64,000 bases of DNA. Source: Candidatus Bathyarchaeota archaeon. Its GTDB lineage: Archaea; Thermoproteota; Bathyarchaeia; Bathyarchaeales; Bathycorpusculaceae. Below the pieces are notes generated by a model, which made no database searches, was not told the origin of the DNA, and saw only the letters and a list, made by a program, of their open reading frames with translations. The position numbers and the translations under genes are program-made. How positions within the stretch are numbered: position 1 is the stretch's first letter; each line of letters begins with the position of its first letter. Of the stretch, positions 1-9,627 are shown in pieces. Location of the stretch: NCBI GenBank assembly GCA_963826715.1, contig CAWGYA010000008.1, forward strand, positions 768,001-832,000, read 5' to 3'.

Positions 1-429
1 ATGAAGGCGGAGGGAGCCAACTTAGGCGGCGAAGAAAATGGCGGAATCTTCTATGGACCTCATCACGCTGTTCGAGACGGAGCCATGACGACTGCACTGC
101 TGCTCGATATTATGGCTGATACAGGAAAATCCCTCGTTTCACTTGTCGCTGAAGAGCCCCAATACTTCATCGAGAAAGGCAAAATCGAATGCCCCGACAT
201 TAAAAAAGAACGTCTACTACAAAAAATCATTGAGCAAGTTAAAAATGAGAACATCAGCACAATCGATGGTGTCAAAATCTGGTTCAGTAACAGTAGTGCT
301 ATCTTGATTCGCCCTAGCGGAACCGAACCAGTCTTTAGACTCTATGCAGAAGCAAAAGATCAAGAAAAAGCAGTGAAGCTAGTCAAGGACTACACTTCAA
401 TGCTTGAAAGACTCCTAGCAACCCTATAG
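1..429 (+). CDS. Phosphohexomutase (phosphoglucosamine mutase / PMM-PGM family), C-terminal part; gene begins before the window
   Basis: GGEENGG sugar-binding motif, RDG, DGVKI and IRPSGTEP phosphate-binding loop; the ATG at position 1 is probably internal. Confidence 0.9.
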   Translation: MKAEGANLGGEENGGIFYGPHHAVRDGAMTTALLLDIMADTGKSLVSLVAEEPQYFIEKGKIECPDIKKERLLQKIIEQVKNENISTIDGVKIWFSNSSAILIRPSGTEPVFRLYAEAKDQEKAVKLVKDYTSMLERLLATL

Positions 430-452
430 TAGCCTTTAGCCGAGGAACTGTT

Positions 453-1772
453 GTGCCCGCATTTCAAGATTTAAAACCAATAGACTTAGACTCCAAAGAG
501 AAACGCTCAAAATACACCATTGCCATTGTCGGCTGCGGGCACAAGGGAATTTTTTATGCCAACTTATTCGCAGATATGGGTTTTCAAGTTGTCTGTACCG
601 ACGCCAATGCGAGTGTATTGAAAAAACTGGCAAAAGGCAAAACCCCCTTTGCTATACCTGAAGTCGAAGTAAAATTCAAAAATCATGTGACAAAAGAAAA
701 AATCTGCGTTATCAGTGAACTCAAAAATGCAGTTTCACAGAGCGCCGTGGTTGTGCTATCAATCAATATAAAGAGAGATGAGCAGAAAACAAACGATGAT
801 AACGGGCTCCTGAGTACATGCAAGCAGATTGGTTCAGCGATGCGACAAGGTACACTAGTGTTATACGGAGGAGTGGCGGCAATGGGTTTTATGGAGGGCA
901 TCAAAGAGACCCTGGAGAACACTTCGGGACTTAAAGCTGGACAACAATTCGGCTTAGCCTATTGCCCTCTAGTAATTCCTTTCCAGCCGGATTTGGGGTT
1001 TAAAGTTGCTGCAGCCGACAAAATGAGTTTGCAAGTCGCATCAGCAATATTAAAAACACTAACAAAAAAAGTCACTGAAATAAGCGATTTCAAGATCGCT
1101 GAGATAGCCATCCTTTTTAACTTAGCAAAGCAGGATTCCAGTGTGGCTCTGGCAAATGAGTTAGCGCTGTTCTGTGAAAACGCCAACGTAGACTGTTTTT
1201 CAGTTCTAAAAATCATAAACCAAGATGACCCTGCCTTTTATCCTGCAGTTGCAGATGAAAAAAACAGAACGCAAACGTATCTGCTACTTGAGACGGCCGA
1301 AAATTTCAATGCGAAGCTCAAGATTCCTGTGTTGGCGCGCCAAATCAACGAGGACATGGTGAAGTATGCGGTAAACTTGACCGCAGAAGCATTTCGGTTT
1401 AGCGGAAAAACTCTTCGGCGGGGTAAGGTTGCGGTTTTAGGGTCAGCAAATCCCGTGTCTGCAACGAGTGCTTTTATTAAATTGCTTGAGCAGAAAGGTG
1501 CCAAAGTTAGTCTTTATGATCCAGCTGCGAGAAAGGAGTCGCTGGATGCGAGGGTGGTTAAGCGTAGTCTTAATGAAGCTGTTGAAGGTACAGACTGTCT
1601 TGTTTTGTTATCAGAACTGGAAACGCTTGGTCGCTTTAACCTTAAAAAAATTAAAGTTCTAATGAAATCACCGTCGGTTATAGTGGATTTAATGGGTAAA
1701 TTTGAACCTGCCAAGGTGGAAACAGAAGGATTCATATACGCAGGGCTAGGAAGGGGAATAGAAAAGAAATGA
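453..1772 (+). CDS. UDP-sugar (UDP-GlcNAc/ManNAc 6-) dehydrogenase-like protein with degenerate catalytic motifs
   Basis: N-terminal Rossmann IAIVGCGHKG, LENTSGLKAG-F-LAYCP, ALANELALFCE, LARQINEDM and C-terminal V-LYDP/IVD domain; the PGxGGHC motif and catalytic Lys are absent. Confidence 0.75.
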   Translation: MPAFQDLKPIDLDSKEKRSKYTIAIVGCGHKGIFYANLFADMGFQVVCTDANASVLKKLAKGKTPFAIPEVEVKFKNHVTKEKICVISELKNAVSQSAVVVLSINIKRDEQKTNDDNGLLSTCKQIGSAMRQGTLVLYGGVAAMGFMEGIKETLENTSGLKAGQQFGLAYCPLVIPFQPDLGFKVAAADKMSLQVASAILKTLTKKVTEISDFKIAEIAILFNLAKQDSSVALANELALFCENANVDCFSVLKIINQDDPAFYPAVADEKNRTQTYLLLETAENFNAKLKIPVLARQINEDMVKYAVNLTAEAFRFSGKTLRRGKVAVLGSANPVSATSAFIKLLEQKGAKVSLYDPAARKESLDARVVKRSLNEAVEGTDCLVLLSELETLGRFNLKKIKVLMKSPSVIVDLMGKFEPAKVETEGFIYAGLGRGIEKK

Positions 1773-2719
1773 AGAAACTTGGTGTAGCAGTGATTGGTAC
1801 GGGTCAATGGGGTAAAAATCATGCCCGTGTCTACAAAGAACTCCAATCAACTGAGCTTATCGCTGTATGTGACATTAATATGGAGCGCGCCAAGACAATG
1901 GCGGACCACTATGGCGTTAAAGCCTACTCTGATAGCTCTGAGATGCTAAAAAACACACAGATCGAAGCCGTCAACGTTTGCACATGGTCTACCCTCCTAG
2001 CCAAGGAAGCCCAAAAGGCTCTGCACGCTGGCAAACATGTACTTGTTGAGAAACCAATGGCAACTACGCCTCAACAAGCTCAACAGCTAGTTGATACGGC
2101 AGAACAAAACGGTCTACATCTCTCAGTCGGTTTTCTAATGCGTTTTATTCCGGGTTTGCAGCAAATTCGCCAATCGGTTTTAGACAAGAAATTCGGTGAA
2201 CTTGTTTGTGCTACTGCCAAGCGGGTTTCTCAGTGGCCTGAAAGGATTGGCGATGTTGGTGTCGTTAAAGATACCGCCATCCATGATATAGATGTGATGA
2301 ACTATATTTTTAACCAGTATCCAACTTCAGTCTACGCTAAGATGGGTAGTATGCGCATAAAGAAATTCGAGGATTATGCCCAAATTATGCTAACTTATAA
2401 CGATGGTAAAACTGCGTTTATTGAATCCAATTGGTTAACACCGTATAAAACACGATCATTGACTGCAACATGCAGTGAAGCCATAATGAGACTTGACTAT
2501 ATTACACAGGAATTTTGGATTGAGCAGAAAACTGAGACCCTGCAACCACGGTTGCCTTTCCAGGAACCGCTTAAGTCCGAACTTTCGCACTTTGTAGAAT
2601 GTATTGTTGAGAAGAAAAAGCCACTGGTTACAGGTCAAGATGGTGTGAGAGCTCTACAGATAGCCACTGCTGCAATTCAATCTTCAGCTAAAAACAGGGC
2701 AATACAATTGAAAAAATAG
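1769..2719 (+). CDS. Gfo/Idh/MocA family oxidoreductase (UDP-sugar 3-dehydrogenase-like)
   Basis: VIGTGQWG, HVLVEKP and DTAIHDID motifs; ATGA overlap with upstream gene. Confidence 0.9.
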   Translation: MKKLGVAVIGTGQWGKNHARVYKELQSTELIAVCDINMERAKTMADHYGVKAYSDSSEMLKNTQIEAVNVCTWSTLLAKEAQKALHAGKHVLVEKPMATTPQQAQQLVDTAEQNGLHLSVGFLMRFIPGLQQIRQSVLDKKFGELVCATAKRVSQWPERIGDVGVVKDTAIHDIDVMNYIFNQYPTSVYAKMGSMRIKKFEDYAQIMLTYNDGKTAFIESNWLTPYKTRSLTATCSEAIMRLDYITQEFWIEQKTETLQPRLPFQEPLKSELSHFVECIVEKKKPLVTGQDGVRALQIATAAIQSSAKNRAIQLKK

Positions 2720-2723
2720 TTAT

Positions 2724-2993
2724 TTATTTTAGGTTGAAGGGTTTGCCTTCAGAAACAATCTTTGAAGGCGATTGTGCTTTCCATTTTTTGAGGAACGGCA
2801 AATCCTCTGATTCCTTACGCAACTCGTCTGGCAGCATTTCTGGGATTTCGTCGCGTATAGGGTACCATCGTTGGCATTTTGGGCATACAATTAGGCCCTC
2901 CACAATTTCGTCTTTCTCTTCGAAAACATGAAGTTCAAGTGGATGGTATTTATCGATGGGGCATGCGAGGATTTCCATTAGTTTTCGTTTCAT
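2724..2993 (-). CDS. trm112: Trm112 family methyltransferase activator
   Basis: MKRKLMEILACPIDK...CPKCQRWYPIRDEIPEML; ATG at 2993 preferred over the TTG at 3002. Confidence 0.9.
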   Translation of the reverse strand: MKRKLMEILACPIDKYHPLELHVFEEKDEIVEGLIVCPKCQRWYPIRDEIPEMLPDELRKESEDLPFLKKWKAQSPSKIVSEGKPFNLK

Positions 2994-3028
2994 GAGTTTC
3001 AACTATTTAGATTAGGAGGGTTGAGTTA

Positions 3029-3901
3029 TTAAAACTTGCTCGGTACCCGAATAACTTGAACATCGAGGACGGTCTGGTACCAATTCGGGCCTATACTTCG
3101 TACGACTCGGGAATTTGCGAATGTGTAACTGACGCCTAGGCTGTTAAGTTTCGTCGCAACTTTTTGCTTAGTTTTCTCAGTAGGGTCCTCTTTGTTGATA
3201 GTATGCTCAAAATCGTATATGTGAATCCAGCCCCCACTTTTTTTAAGTGCTGAAACCGCGTACGGTAAATACTCAAAGGCTAACTCAGGTAGTGGCATCA
3301 ACACTCGGTCCGCAATTCCCAACAAGTGATTTTCTTCGATTTCTTTAGCATCGCATAGAATTGGTATAACTTGTTCATAGAGACGATTAATTTGTACATT
3401 TTTAACCATTTCTTCGTAGGCGGCTGGATTAAGGTCTATGGAATATATTTTGGTCTGAGGTGAGGTTTTGGCTATAATAATGCTGAAGCAGCCCACACCT
3501 GCGAACATGTTGACAATAGTTTCTCCTGGGGAAACCTGGTGGGCTATTCGTAGTCGTTCATGACTGAGTCTCGGAGAAAAATAGCAATCCTTTATGTTTA
3601 CTGAGAAGACGCACCCTGCCTCTTTATGTTGGGTGCTGGCTTTGTTTTCGCCTGCTAATAATTGAAGTTTTCGGGTTCGGTGATTCCCCTTTACGGGACT
3701 TATCTGGATAAAAACAGTTTTTACGGATTTATGAGTCGCCATTATCTGCTTTGCCACTATCTCCGCGTTTAGACGGTCGCTCCCGAATGTTTTGATGATC
3801 GCTATGTTGCCGATGATGTCAAATGTATTGTATATTTTGTTTAGCTCCTGAGGCGGAATCGCAACAGCAAGCTTTTCTTTGAGGCGAACTCTCAACTGCA
3901 T
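3029..3901 (-). CDS. Trm5/Taw2 (Met-10+) family SAM-dependent tRNA G37-modifying transferase
   Basis: FDIIGNIAII, YFSPRLSHER, MFAGVG SAM motif, DLNP, ADRVLMPLP. Confidence 0.85.
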   Translation of the reverse strand: MQLRVRLKEKLAVAIPPQELNKIYNTFDIIGNIAIIKTFGSDRLNAEIVAKQIMATHKSVKTVFIQISPVKGNHRTRKLQLLAGENKASTQHKEAGCVFSVNIKDCYFSPRLSHERLRIAHQVSPGETIVNMFAGVGCFSIIIAKTSPQTKIYSIDLNPAAYEEMVKNVQINRLYEQVIPILCDAKEIEENHLLGIADRVLMPLPELAFEYLPYAVSALKKSGGWIHIYDFEHTINKEDPTEKTKQKVATKLNSLGVSYTFANSRVVRSIGPNWYQTVLDVQVIRVPSKF

Positions 3902-3974
3902 ATCCTCATTCTATTAATGTATTGGAAATGTTTAAAAGTAAAATGCTTTTCTTTGTAGGAACAGGCGTTAATCC

Positions 3975-4136
3975 ATGGAAAAATCAGGGATTGTTTATGA
4001 ATGCATGAGATGCGGCTCAAGAGTGCCCTCTGAAGAGTTAGAATTAAGAGGCGGAGAAACCAAATGCATCATTTGTGGCTATAGAATTCTAAAAAAGGTT
4101 AAGCCGCCAGTCGTGAAACGGGTTCAATCCAAATAG
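3975..4136 (+). CDS. rpoP: DNA-directed RNA polymerase subunit P (Rpo12), 53 aa, not in the ORF track
   Basis: Translated by hand: MEKSGIVYECMRCGSRVPSEELELRGGETKCIICGYRILKKVKPPVVKRVQSK*; Y-C-x2-CG...C-x2-CGYRIL-K zinc ribbon. Confidence 0.93.
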   Translation: MEKSGIVYECMRCGSRVPSEELELRGGETKCIICGYRILKKVKPPVVKRVQSK

Positions 4137-4147
4137 AATGGAAAAAA

Positions 4148-4190
4148 CTCGTGTTTGTCACGAGCACAAACTTTTGTTTTGTTTCTGATT
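4148..4190. terminator. Putative terminator between convergent rpoP and the Cys-rich ORF
   Basis: Inverted repeat CTCGTG-n5-CACGAG (4148-4164) with an A-run upstream and a T-rich tract downstream. Confidence 0.4.
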
Positions 4191-4477
4191 TAGTAGAAAT
4201 CGTCTCCAAGTTTACGCAGCGCTTTTCCCTTCATTTTAACTGAGGTATCAAAGAAGTCATCTTCTAAATCTTTTTCAACGGTTTTTCGTCTTACGGTTTC
4301 GCCACAGATTGCTCCAGGTAAAAGTCGTCTTTTCATACACATGGCATACATGCATTTAGCTAATGCACATGGTTCTTCGGCGTCTTTACACCAAACTGAG
4401 TCTCGTCTGAAGAGTGCAACGTTTTTTCCACATTTAAAAGATTGGCATGCTGGAGAACAAGCTTTTGTTTGAGCCAA
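4190..4477 (-). CDS. Small Cys-rich (putative metal-binding) hypothetical protein
   Basis: Eight Cys in about 50 residues; GAGGTG RBS precedes TTG at 4477. Confidence 0.7.
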   Translation of the reverse strand: MAQTKACSPACQSFKCGKNVALFRRDSVWCKDAEEPCALAKCMYAMCMKRRLLPGAICGETVRRKTVEKDLEDDFFDTSVKMKGKALRKLGDDFY

Positions 4478-4565
4478 CAGATACACCTCATGCTATCAAA
4501 ATTGTTTGCTGTTTTGTACTGCCTTGTTTTGGTTTATGTTTCTTGGAAGCCATATAAACTTTGTT

Positions 4566-6662
4566 CTATTGTGAGAGAAAATTAATTTGAGGCTTTAAAC
4601 GCAGTTTCGTTTTTTTATGCCGATAAACTTCAACTAAAGCAAACAGGCTAACGGCGACAATTATTATCACTATGGTGATGAGGGTGCTTGCTTGAATCAG
4701 CATACCGTTAACTGAAACATATTTATCGATTTTTATCTGAACGGTTGTTGGTTCGTTTACAGTTACCGTAACGGCTTGGGAGGCATCAGCTACTCCCGTT
4801 GCTTGAGCAGTAATTAGCATGCTCCCGCCGATAATGTTGTTAAAAGAGACTTTGCCATCGCTCGGAGTTATTGCTGAAACCTTTTCAGGACCCTTAAGCG
4901 TTACCTGAACACTGGGGATAGGTGCTCCGAATATGTCAACCACTGAAATAAAAAGTTGTATACCGTAGAGTGTACATCTAATTTCCTGTTGTATATCAGT
5001 GAAAATCGGCACATTAGATTCATTGAGTAATGAATTATCCTTGAAGATACGCAGTCGATAAACACCTAAAGTAGCCTGAGTTGTCGCCGAACCATTGCTG
5101 TTGGTTGTGGCCGAATAGAAGAGTCCATTTGAGAGCTCTACAAGTTCCAGGTGTGCTCCTGCAATCGCTTCTTGGTTATACCCCGACACGTTGATTGTTA
5201 AGTTTTTGTTGGGGCAAATAATCAAAATCTGAGAGTTTGCCTGCTTGGGGAGGTTGATAACTGTGTTGTTACCTGCATTGAAGACTTGATTGTAGATCGA
5301 GGCATCGATAGTGTATGTTGCGCCTGCTAAAGCGGAGGTTAACTTGAAACTGCCTGCCGGGTTAGTTATCCCTGTTGAGCTGCCTGTTTTGGATCCGCCG
5401 CTGCTGCTTTGATAATTAAATTTGATTATTAAGTTCACGTATGACATTTCGGCACCGTCAGCATTTCTTACGAGGATTTCTAGATTAGTGAGCTGGCATT
5501 GGAGTGTAAAGTTTCCATCGCCAGTAACGGTTATGTTTGATTCCGCAACCTTTACGTCTTGAAGATAGGCCATCAAAGTTTGGATTCCTTTTTCCAGTTT
5601 AAACGAAGCTGTGCCGTTGATGTCGCTGGTAGCATTTGTTTCCAAATTACTCGTAGTGTCTTTTGCCTTAACTAAAATATCTGGGACGACATCGCCTGAA
5701 AGATTTATGGTTTGCACTTTTACGTTGTAGCCCGCTACAGTAAAGGTTTGTTTGTCTACAATGCTTTTTTGAGGTCCCTCTGGAGTGATTTTAATTGTAC
5801 AAACGCCGATCGGTGTATTTGCTGTAACAGCCCAGTTCAGTGAAATGATGCCGCTGTTAGAAGCAGTAACTGTTTTGGAGTCAACTGTTTCACCTGACTT
5901 GCCGGTTATGGTTACTGTTGCGGCTTGGTTAGGTTGATACCCTATTGCCTTAATTGAGGCTGTATCTCCCCTGTGATATACCGCTTGGTCAAGAATGCCC
6001 ACGGTGAATTGGGTCTGTGCAAGGGAATTGTTGAAGATAACTGTGTATATTCCTGAATAATCCATCATAGCATCGGGCGAGAAACTGCTATCTGGAAAAG
6101 TTAATTCTGCACTTGCGGTTCCCTGAACATTAGGTGCACTTAGGGGCACTGTTTTAGTATAGGTAGTTCCGACAGCGTTGGGAAGCGAAACTGCTACAGT
6201 TGCGCCGTATAAAACGCCAAGTTGAGTTCCCGTTACTGCTGCTTCTAATGTTACAGTGCTTCCTTCCTGAACAATTGATGGTGTTGGGGTTATGCGGTAG
6301 CCTGTGGTGACCGTGAATACTCGAGTTGAGTTAACCTTTGTGGATAGGTCGTGCAGAGTGAGGGCATATAGATTGCTTGGGAGTTCAGGCACTGTGAAGT
6401 TTGCGTTAACTTTGAAAATCTCGGATTTACCACTTGCTACAACTGTTTTGCCTAACGTAATTTGGTAAGAGCCATTTGTGGTGTCTATGCTTCCAACTAA
6501 GTTAACGCTTGAGCCGTAAGGTCCACTTGCGGTAGCTGGGGTTATCTGTATTATGGCTACCCCTAAATTGCTGTTTTGCGCATCAGCCCCTAGAGGGCTT
6601 ATCAAAATTGGAAAAACTATGAGAAACAGTGCAGCGGCTGCAACAATTTTATTGTTGCTCAA
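4566..6662 (-). CDS. Membrane-anchored secreted surface protein with Ig-like / carboxypeptidase-regulatory-like beta repeats
   Basis: N-terminal signal peptide, Thr/Ser/Asn-rich beta repeats (TxxxGxA-F motifs), C-terminal TM helix plus basic tail. Confidence 0.75.
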   Translation of the reverse strand: MSNNKIVAAAALFLIVFPILISPLGADAQNSNLGVAIIQITPATASGPYGSSVNLVGSIDTTNGSYQITLGKTVVASGKSEIFKVNANFTVPELPSNLYALTLHDLSTKVNSTRVFTVTTGYRITPTPSIVQEGSTVTLEAAVTGTQLGVLYGATVAVSLPNAVGTTYTKTVPLSAPNVQGTASAELTFPDSSFSPDAMMDYSGIYTVIFNNSLAQTQFTVGILDQAVYHRGDTASIKAIGYQPNQAATVTITGKSGETVDSKTVTASNSGIISLNWAVTANTPIGVCTIKITPEGPQKSIVDKQTFTVAGYNVKVQTINLSGDVVPDILVKAKDTTSNLETNATSDINGTASFKLEKGIQTLMAYLQDVKVAESNITVTGDGNFTLQCQLTNLEILVRNADGAEMSYVNLIIKFNYQSSSGGSKTGSSTGITNPAGSFKLTSALAGATYTIDASIYNQVFNAGNNTVINLPKQANSQILIICPNKNLTINVSGYNQEAIAGAHLELVELSNGLFYSATTNSNGSATTQATLGVYRLRIFKDNSLLNESNVPIFTDIQQEIRCTLYGIQLFISVVDIFGAPIPSVQVTLKGPEKVSAITPSDGKVSFNNIIGGSMLITAQATGVADASQAVTVTVNEPTTVQIKIDKYVSVNGMLIQASTLITIVIIIVAVSLFALVEVYRHKKTKLRLKPQINFLSQ

Positions 6663-6866
6663 AGCATATAGCTCTCCCAGTTAGGCAGCTAATCATCAAC
6701 TCATGAGTAACTACGAGAGCATTTTAAAGGTTTACCTAAAATTTGAGAAGCAAATCTCTGGAATATTATTCAGCCTCTATTTTTTAATTCATGAAATCTG
6801 CAGCTGGAAATAGGGATTTTTAAATGCCTGTTTTTTCTATGTTACAGAAAGCTCTGGTGTTACCTC

Positions 6867-7829
6867 TTGAATCAAGCTCCTCCATCTCCGCTTTTAGCTT
6901 CTCTAAAAAAACAAAAATATCACCTAATTGGACACCATTCAGCGGTGAAGCGGTGTAAATGGTTGTATGAATCTATAGTTAACAACCGCCCATGTTATAA
7001 ACAGAAGTTTTACGGTATACAAAGTCACCGCTGTATGCAGATGACTCCCTCGCTATATAGCTGTACCCAGCAATGTCTCTTTTGCTGGCGAGCGCAAAGC
7101 GGGGACTTGGACGAACATTGGGATGAAATGCAAAACCCCAACAGAGACACGCCTCAGGAGATTGTCGCGGGCTGTTTTAAGGCGCAGGAAAAAATTATCT
7201 CAGGATACAAGGGAAATGAAAAAACGGATTGGCGCAAATTTCAAGAGGCGCAACGCCCCAATCAAGTTGCAATAAGCTTAACCGGCGAACCCACGCTATT
7301 CGAGTCACTGGGGGAGTTAATTAGCCTTTTCCATCAAAGGGGCGCAACAACTTTTCTGGTGACTAATGGTACGTTGCCCACGAAACTTTCCAGACTCAGT
7401 CAAGACCCCAGCCAGCTTTATGTGTCGCTTTGTGCCCCCAATCAAGAAGTCTACAATAAAGTTTGTCGACCACAGTTTCCTCATGCTTGGGAAAAATTAA
7501 ACGAGACGTTGGGGCTTCTGCAGAGTTTCAGTTGCCCAACCGCTGTCCGTATGACCTTGGTGAAAGACCATAATATGGCTCTTATTGACCAATACGCTAA
7601 GATAGTGGAGAAAGCCAACCCTACTTATATCGAAGCCAAAGCTTACATGCATATAGGATTTTCGAATCTGCGTTTGGGTTTTGATCGCATGCCGATGCAT
7701 CAAGATGTGCAGGTTTTCGCTAAGAATCTTGCTGAGAAAACAGGGTATAAGATCATTAATGAAGCGCCTGAGAGTCGTGTGGTGTTGCTCAGTAGGCTGG
7801 AAAAACCTATCAAAGTCGGCGCCAATTAA
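6867..7829 (+). CDS. taw1: 4-demethylwyosine synthase (radical SAM) Taw1/TYW1
   Basis: HSAVKRCKW, CYKQKFYGIQSHRCMQMTP, CxxxCxxC (CTQQCLFC), ISLTGEPTL, FLVTNG, YIEAKAYM. Confidence 0.95.
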   Translation: MNQAPPSPLLASLKKQKYHLIGHHSAVKRCKWLYESIVNNRPCYKQKFYGIQSHRCMQMTPSLYSCTQQCLFCWRAQSGDLDEHWDEMQNPNRDTPQEIVAGCFKAQEKIISGYKGNEKTDWRKFQEAQRPNQVAISLTGEPTLFESLGELISLFHQRGATTFLVTNGTLPTKLSRLSQDPSQLYVSLCAPNQEVYNKVCRPQFPHAWEKLNETLGLLQSFSCPTAVRMTLVKDHNMALIDQYAKIVEKANPTYIEAKAYMHIGFSNLRLGFDRMPMHQDVQVFAKNLAEKTGYKIINEAPESRVVLLSRLEKPIKVGAN

Positions 7830-8034
7830 GGCCACTACTCGCCTATAAGGGATCAGAAACCTAAAAGGGAACGAGAAAAGTGATGGTTTTACGGGGGTTT
7901 GCATTTTTTTTTAACTGCTATGCGTGATTTTGTGGGGTATATGCTTAACTGGTTTTGGGAAAAACGCTTTTTCAGGGGGTAACGTAAATTAAGTAATTGA
8001 ATCTCTATTTGCATATAAAATTCTTGTGATTATT

Positions 8035-8814
8035 ATGAAAGTTGCAGTTGCAGGTAAAGGCGGCGTCGGCAAAACTCTTATTGCCGGGGGACTGGCAAGC
8101 GGGTTTGCGGCGCGTCATCTTAAAACAATCGCGATAGATGCAGACTCATCTCCAAACTTAGGTTTAACGTTGGGTTTGACTGCGGAAGAAACCCGAAAAA
8201 TCGTGCCCATATCCGACAACAAGGATCTAGTCGAATCTAAAACGAGCACCGGTTATTCTGGTGTTTACAACCTTAACTTCAGCGTTGATGATATTGTTAA
8301 GCAGTATTCTGTGCCTACCCCTCTGGGTGCAAACTTGATAGTTATGGGGACTGTTCATTCCATGGGTGCAGGTTGTATGTGTGCTCCAACAGCAGTTATC
8401 CGGGCACTTCTTAGACATTTAGTGGTAGAAATTAACGAAGCAGTGGTTTTGGACCTTGAAGCCGGAGTGGAACATATCGGCAGAGGTACAGCACGGCAGG
8501 TTGATGCATTGCTAATTGTGGCGGATTCTAACTTGAAATCGCTTGAAATTGCCAAACACATCCACGACATGGCATCTGCGGCTGATATGAAACATCTCTA
8601 CCTTATTGGCAACCGTGTAATGAACGACGAACAAAAACAAGCCATTCAAAAATTCGCTGACCAAAACGGTATCATTGTGCTTGCCTATGTGCCCTGGGAT
8701 CAGAAAGTCATTGAATTCGACATGCTAGGCGTTACTCCGCTGAAAAACAAGGAAATTGAAGCGGTTAAGTCCATTGATAATATATGTGAGCTTTTGCTAA
8801 AGGAAAAAACATAG
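8035..8814 (+). CDS. cooC: CO dehydrogenase nickel-insertion ATPase, CooC family
   Basis: VAGKGGVGKT deviant Walker A, IDAD, GCMC Ni-binding motif, DLEAGVEH; upstream of the cdh operon. Confidence 0.9.
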   Translation: MKVAVAGKGGVGKTLIAGGLASGFAARHLKTIAIDADSSPNLGLTLGLTAEETRKIVPISDNKDLVESKTSTGYSGVYNLNFSVDDIVKQYSVPTPLGANLIVMGTVHSMGAGCMCAPTAVIRALLRHLVVEINEAVVLDLEAGVEHIGRGTARQVDALLIVADSNLKSLEIAKHIHDMASAADMKHLYLIGNRVMNDEQKQAIQKFADQNGIIVLAYVPWDQKVIEFDMLGVTPLKNKEIEAVKSIDNICELLLKEKT

Positions 8815-8935
8815 TTTTCTATGGTGGTATACCCTGTTAGGTAATAGCCTTATGCGCCTTTATTGGACCCGCTTATTCCTTATTTGAAGTATTATGGTGG
8901 GCGTGTGTGGCGTAAATTGAGTGGGAGTGACAATA

Positions 8936-9499
8936 ATGAAGCCATACGAGTTTAAGAAAATTGAAACTGCATTGATTATCTACTGGTCAAAAACTGGCAA
9001 CACCGAGAAAGTAGCAAATGCTATAAAGCAAGGTCTAGAAGATGCAAAAATTCATATAATCATTAAGAAGCCGGAGGAAGCCGAAAATTTAGACTTCTTA
9101 GATTACGACTTAGTTTGCGTAGGGTGCCCCTCCCATTCTTGGCATGCCCCCGAACAGATGTCGAATTTTCTGAAGAAAAAATTTAATTTCTACAGAGAAA
9201 ACGGGAAAATTAAGCTTGGTGCCCCACTATTCCAGGGCAAAAAAGCAATAGTTTTTGTAACCTATTCAGGTCCGCATACAGGAATTAATGAGGCAATTCC
9301 TGTTGGGAAGGATATAGGTCAATACCTTGAGCATATAGGCTTCTCTGTTATCGCTGAATGGTATGTTTTAAGTGAATTTCATGGTTCAAAAGAATTCAGT
9401 ACTCAAGGTCGATTAGGTGATATTAGGGGTAAACCCACGGTAGAGCAATTGCAGGTTGTTAAAGAAAACGTAAATCAATTATTTTTAAAAACTCCATAA
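8936..9499 (+). CDS. Flavodoxin-like protein
   Basis: IIYWSKTGNTEKVA FMN phosphate loop, YDLVCVGCP, GKKAIVFVTY; GGAGTGA RBS before ATG 8936. Confidence 0.8.
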   Translation: MKPYEFKKIETALIIYWSKTGNTEKVANAIKQGLEDAKIHIIIKKPEEAENLDFLDYDLVCVGCPSHSWHAPEQMSNFLKKKFNFYRENGKIKLGAPLFQGKKAIVFVTYSGPHTGINEAIPVGKDIGQYLEHIGFSVIAEWYVLSEFHGSKEFSTQGRLGDIRGKPTVEQLQVVKENVNQLFLKTP

Positions 9500-9627
9500 T
9501 TCCTTGTCTTCAAGTTTAAATTTTTAAGCTGTCGAAAAACAGATAGAAACCTAAGTTAGGAACCATAGACAATATATTCGAGTTTTGGCTTAAAAATTAG
9601 GATAGAACTCTTTGAGGTTTATTGGAA

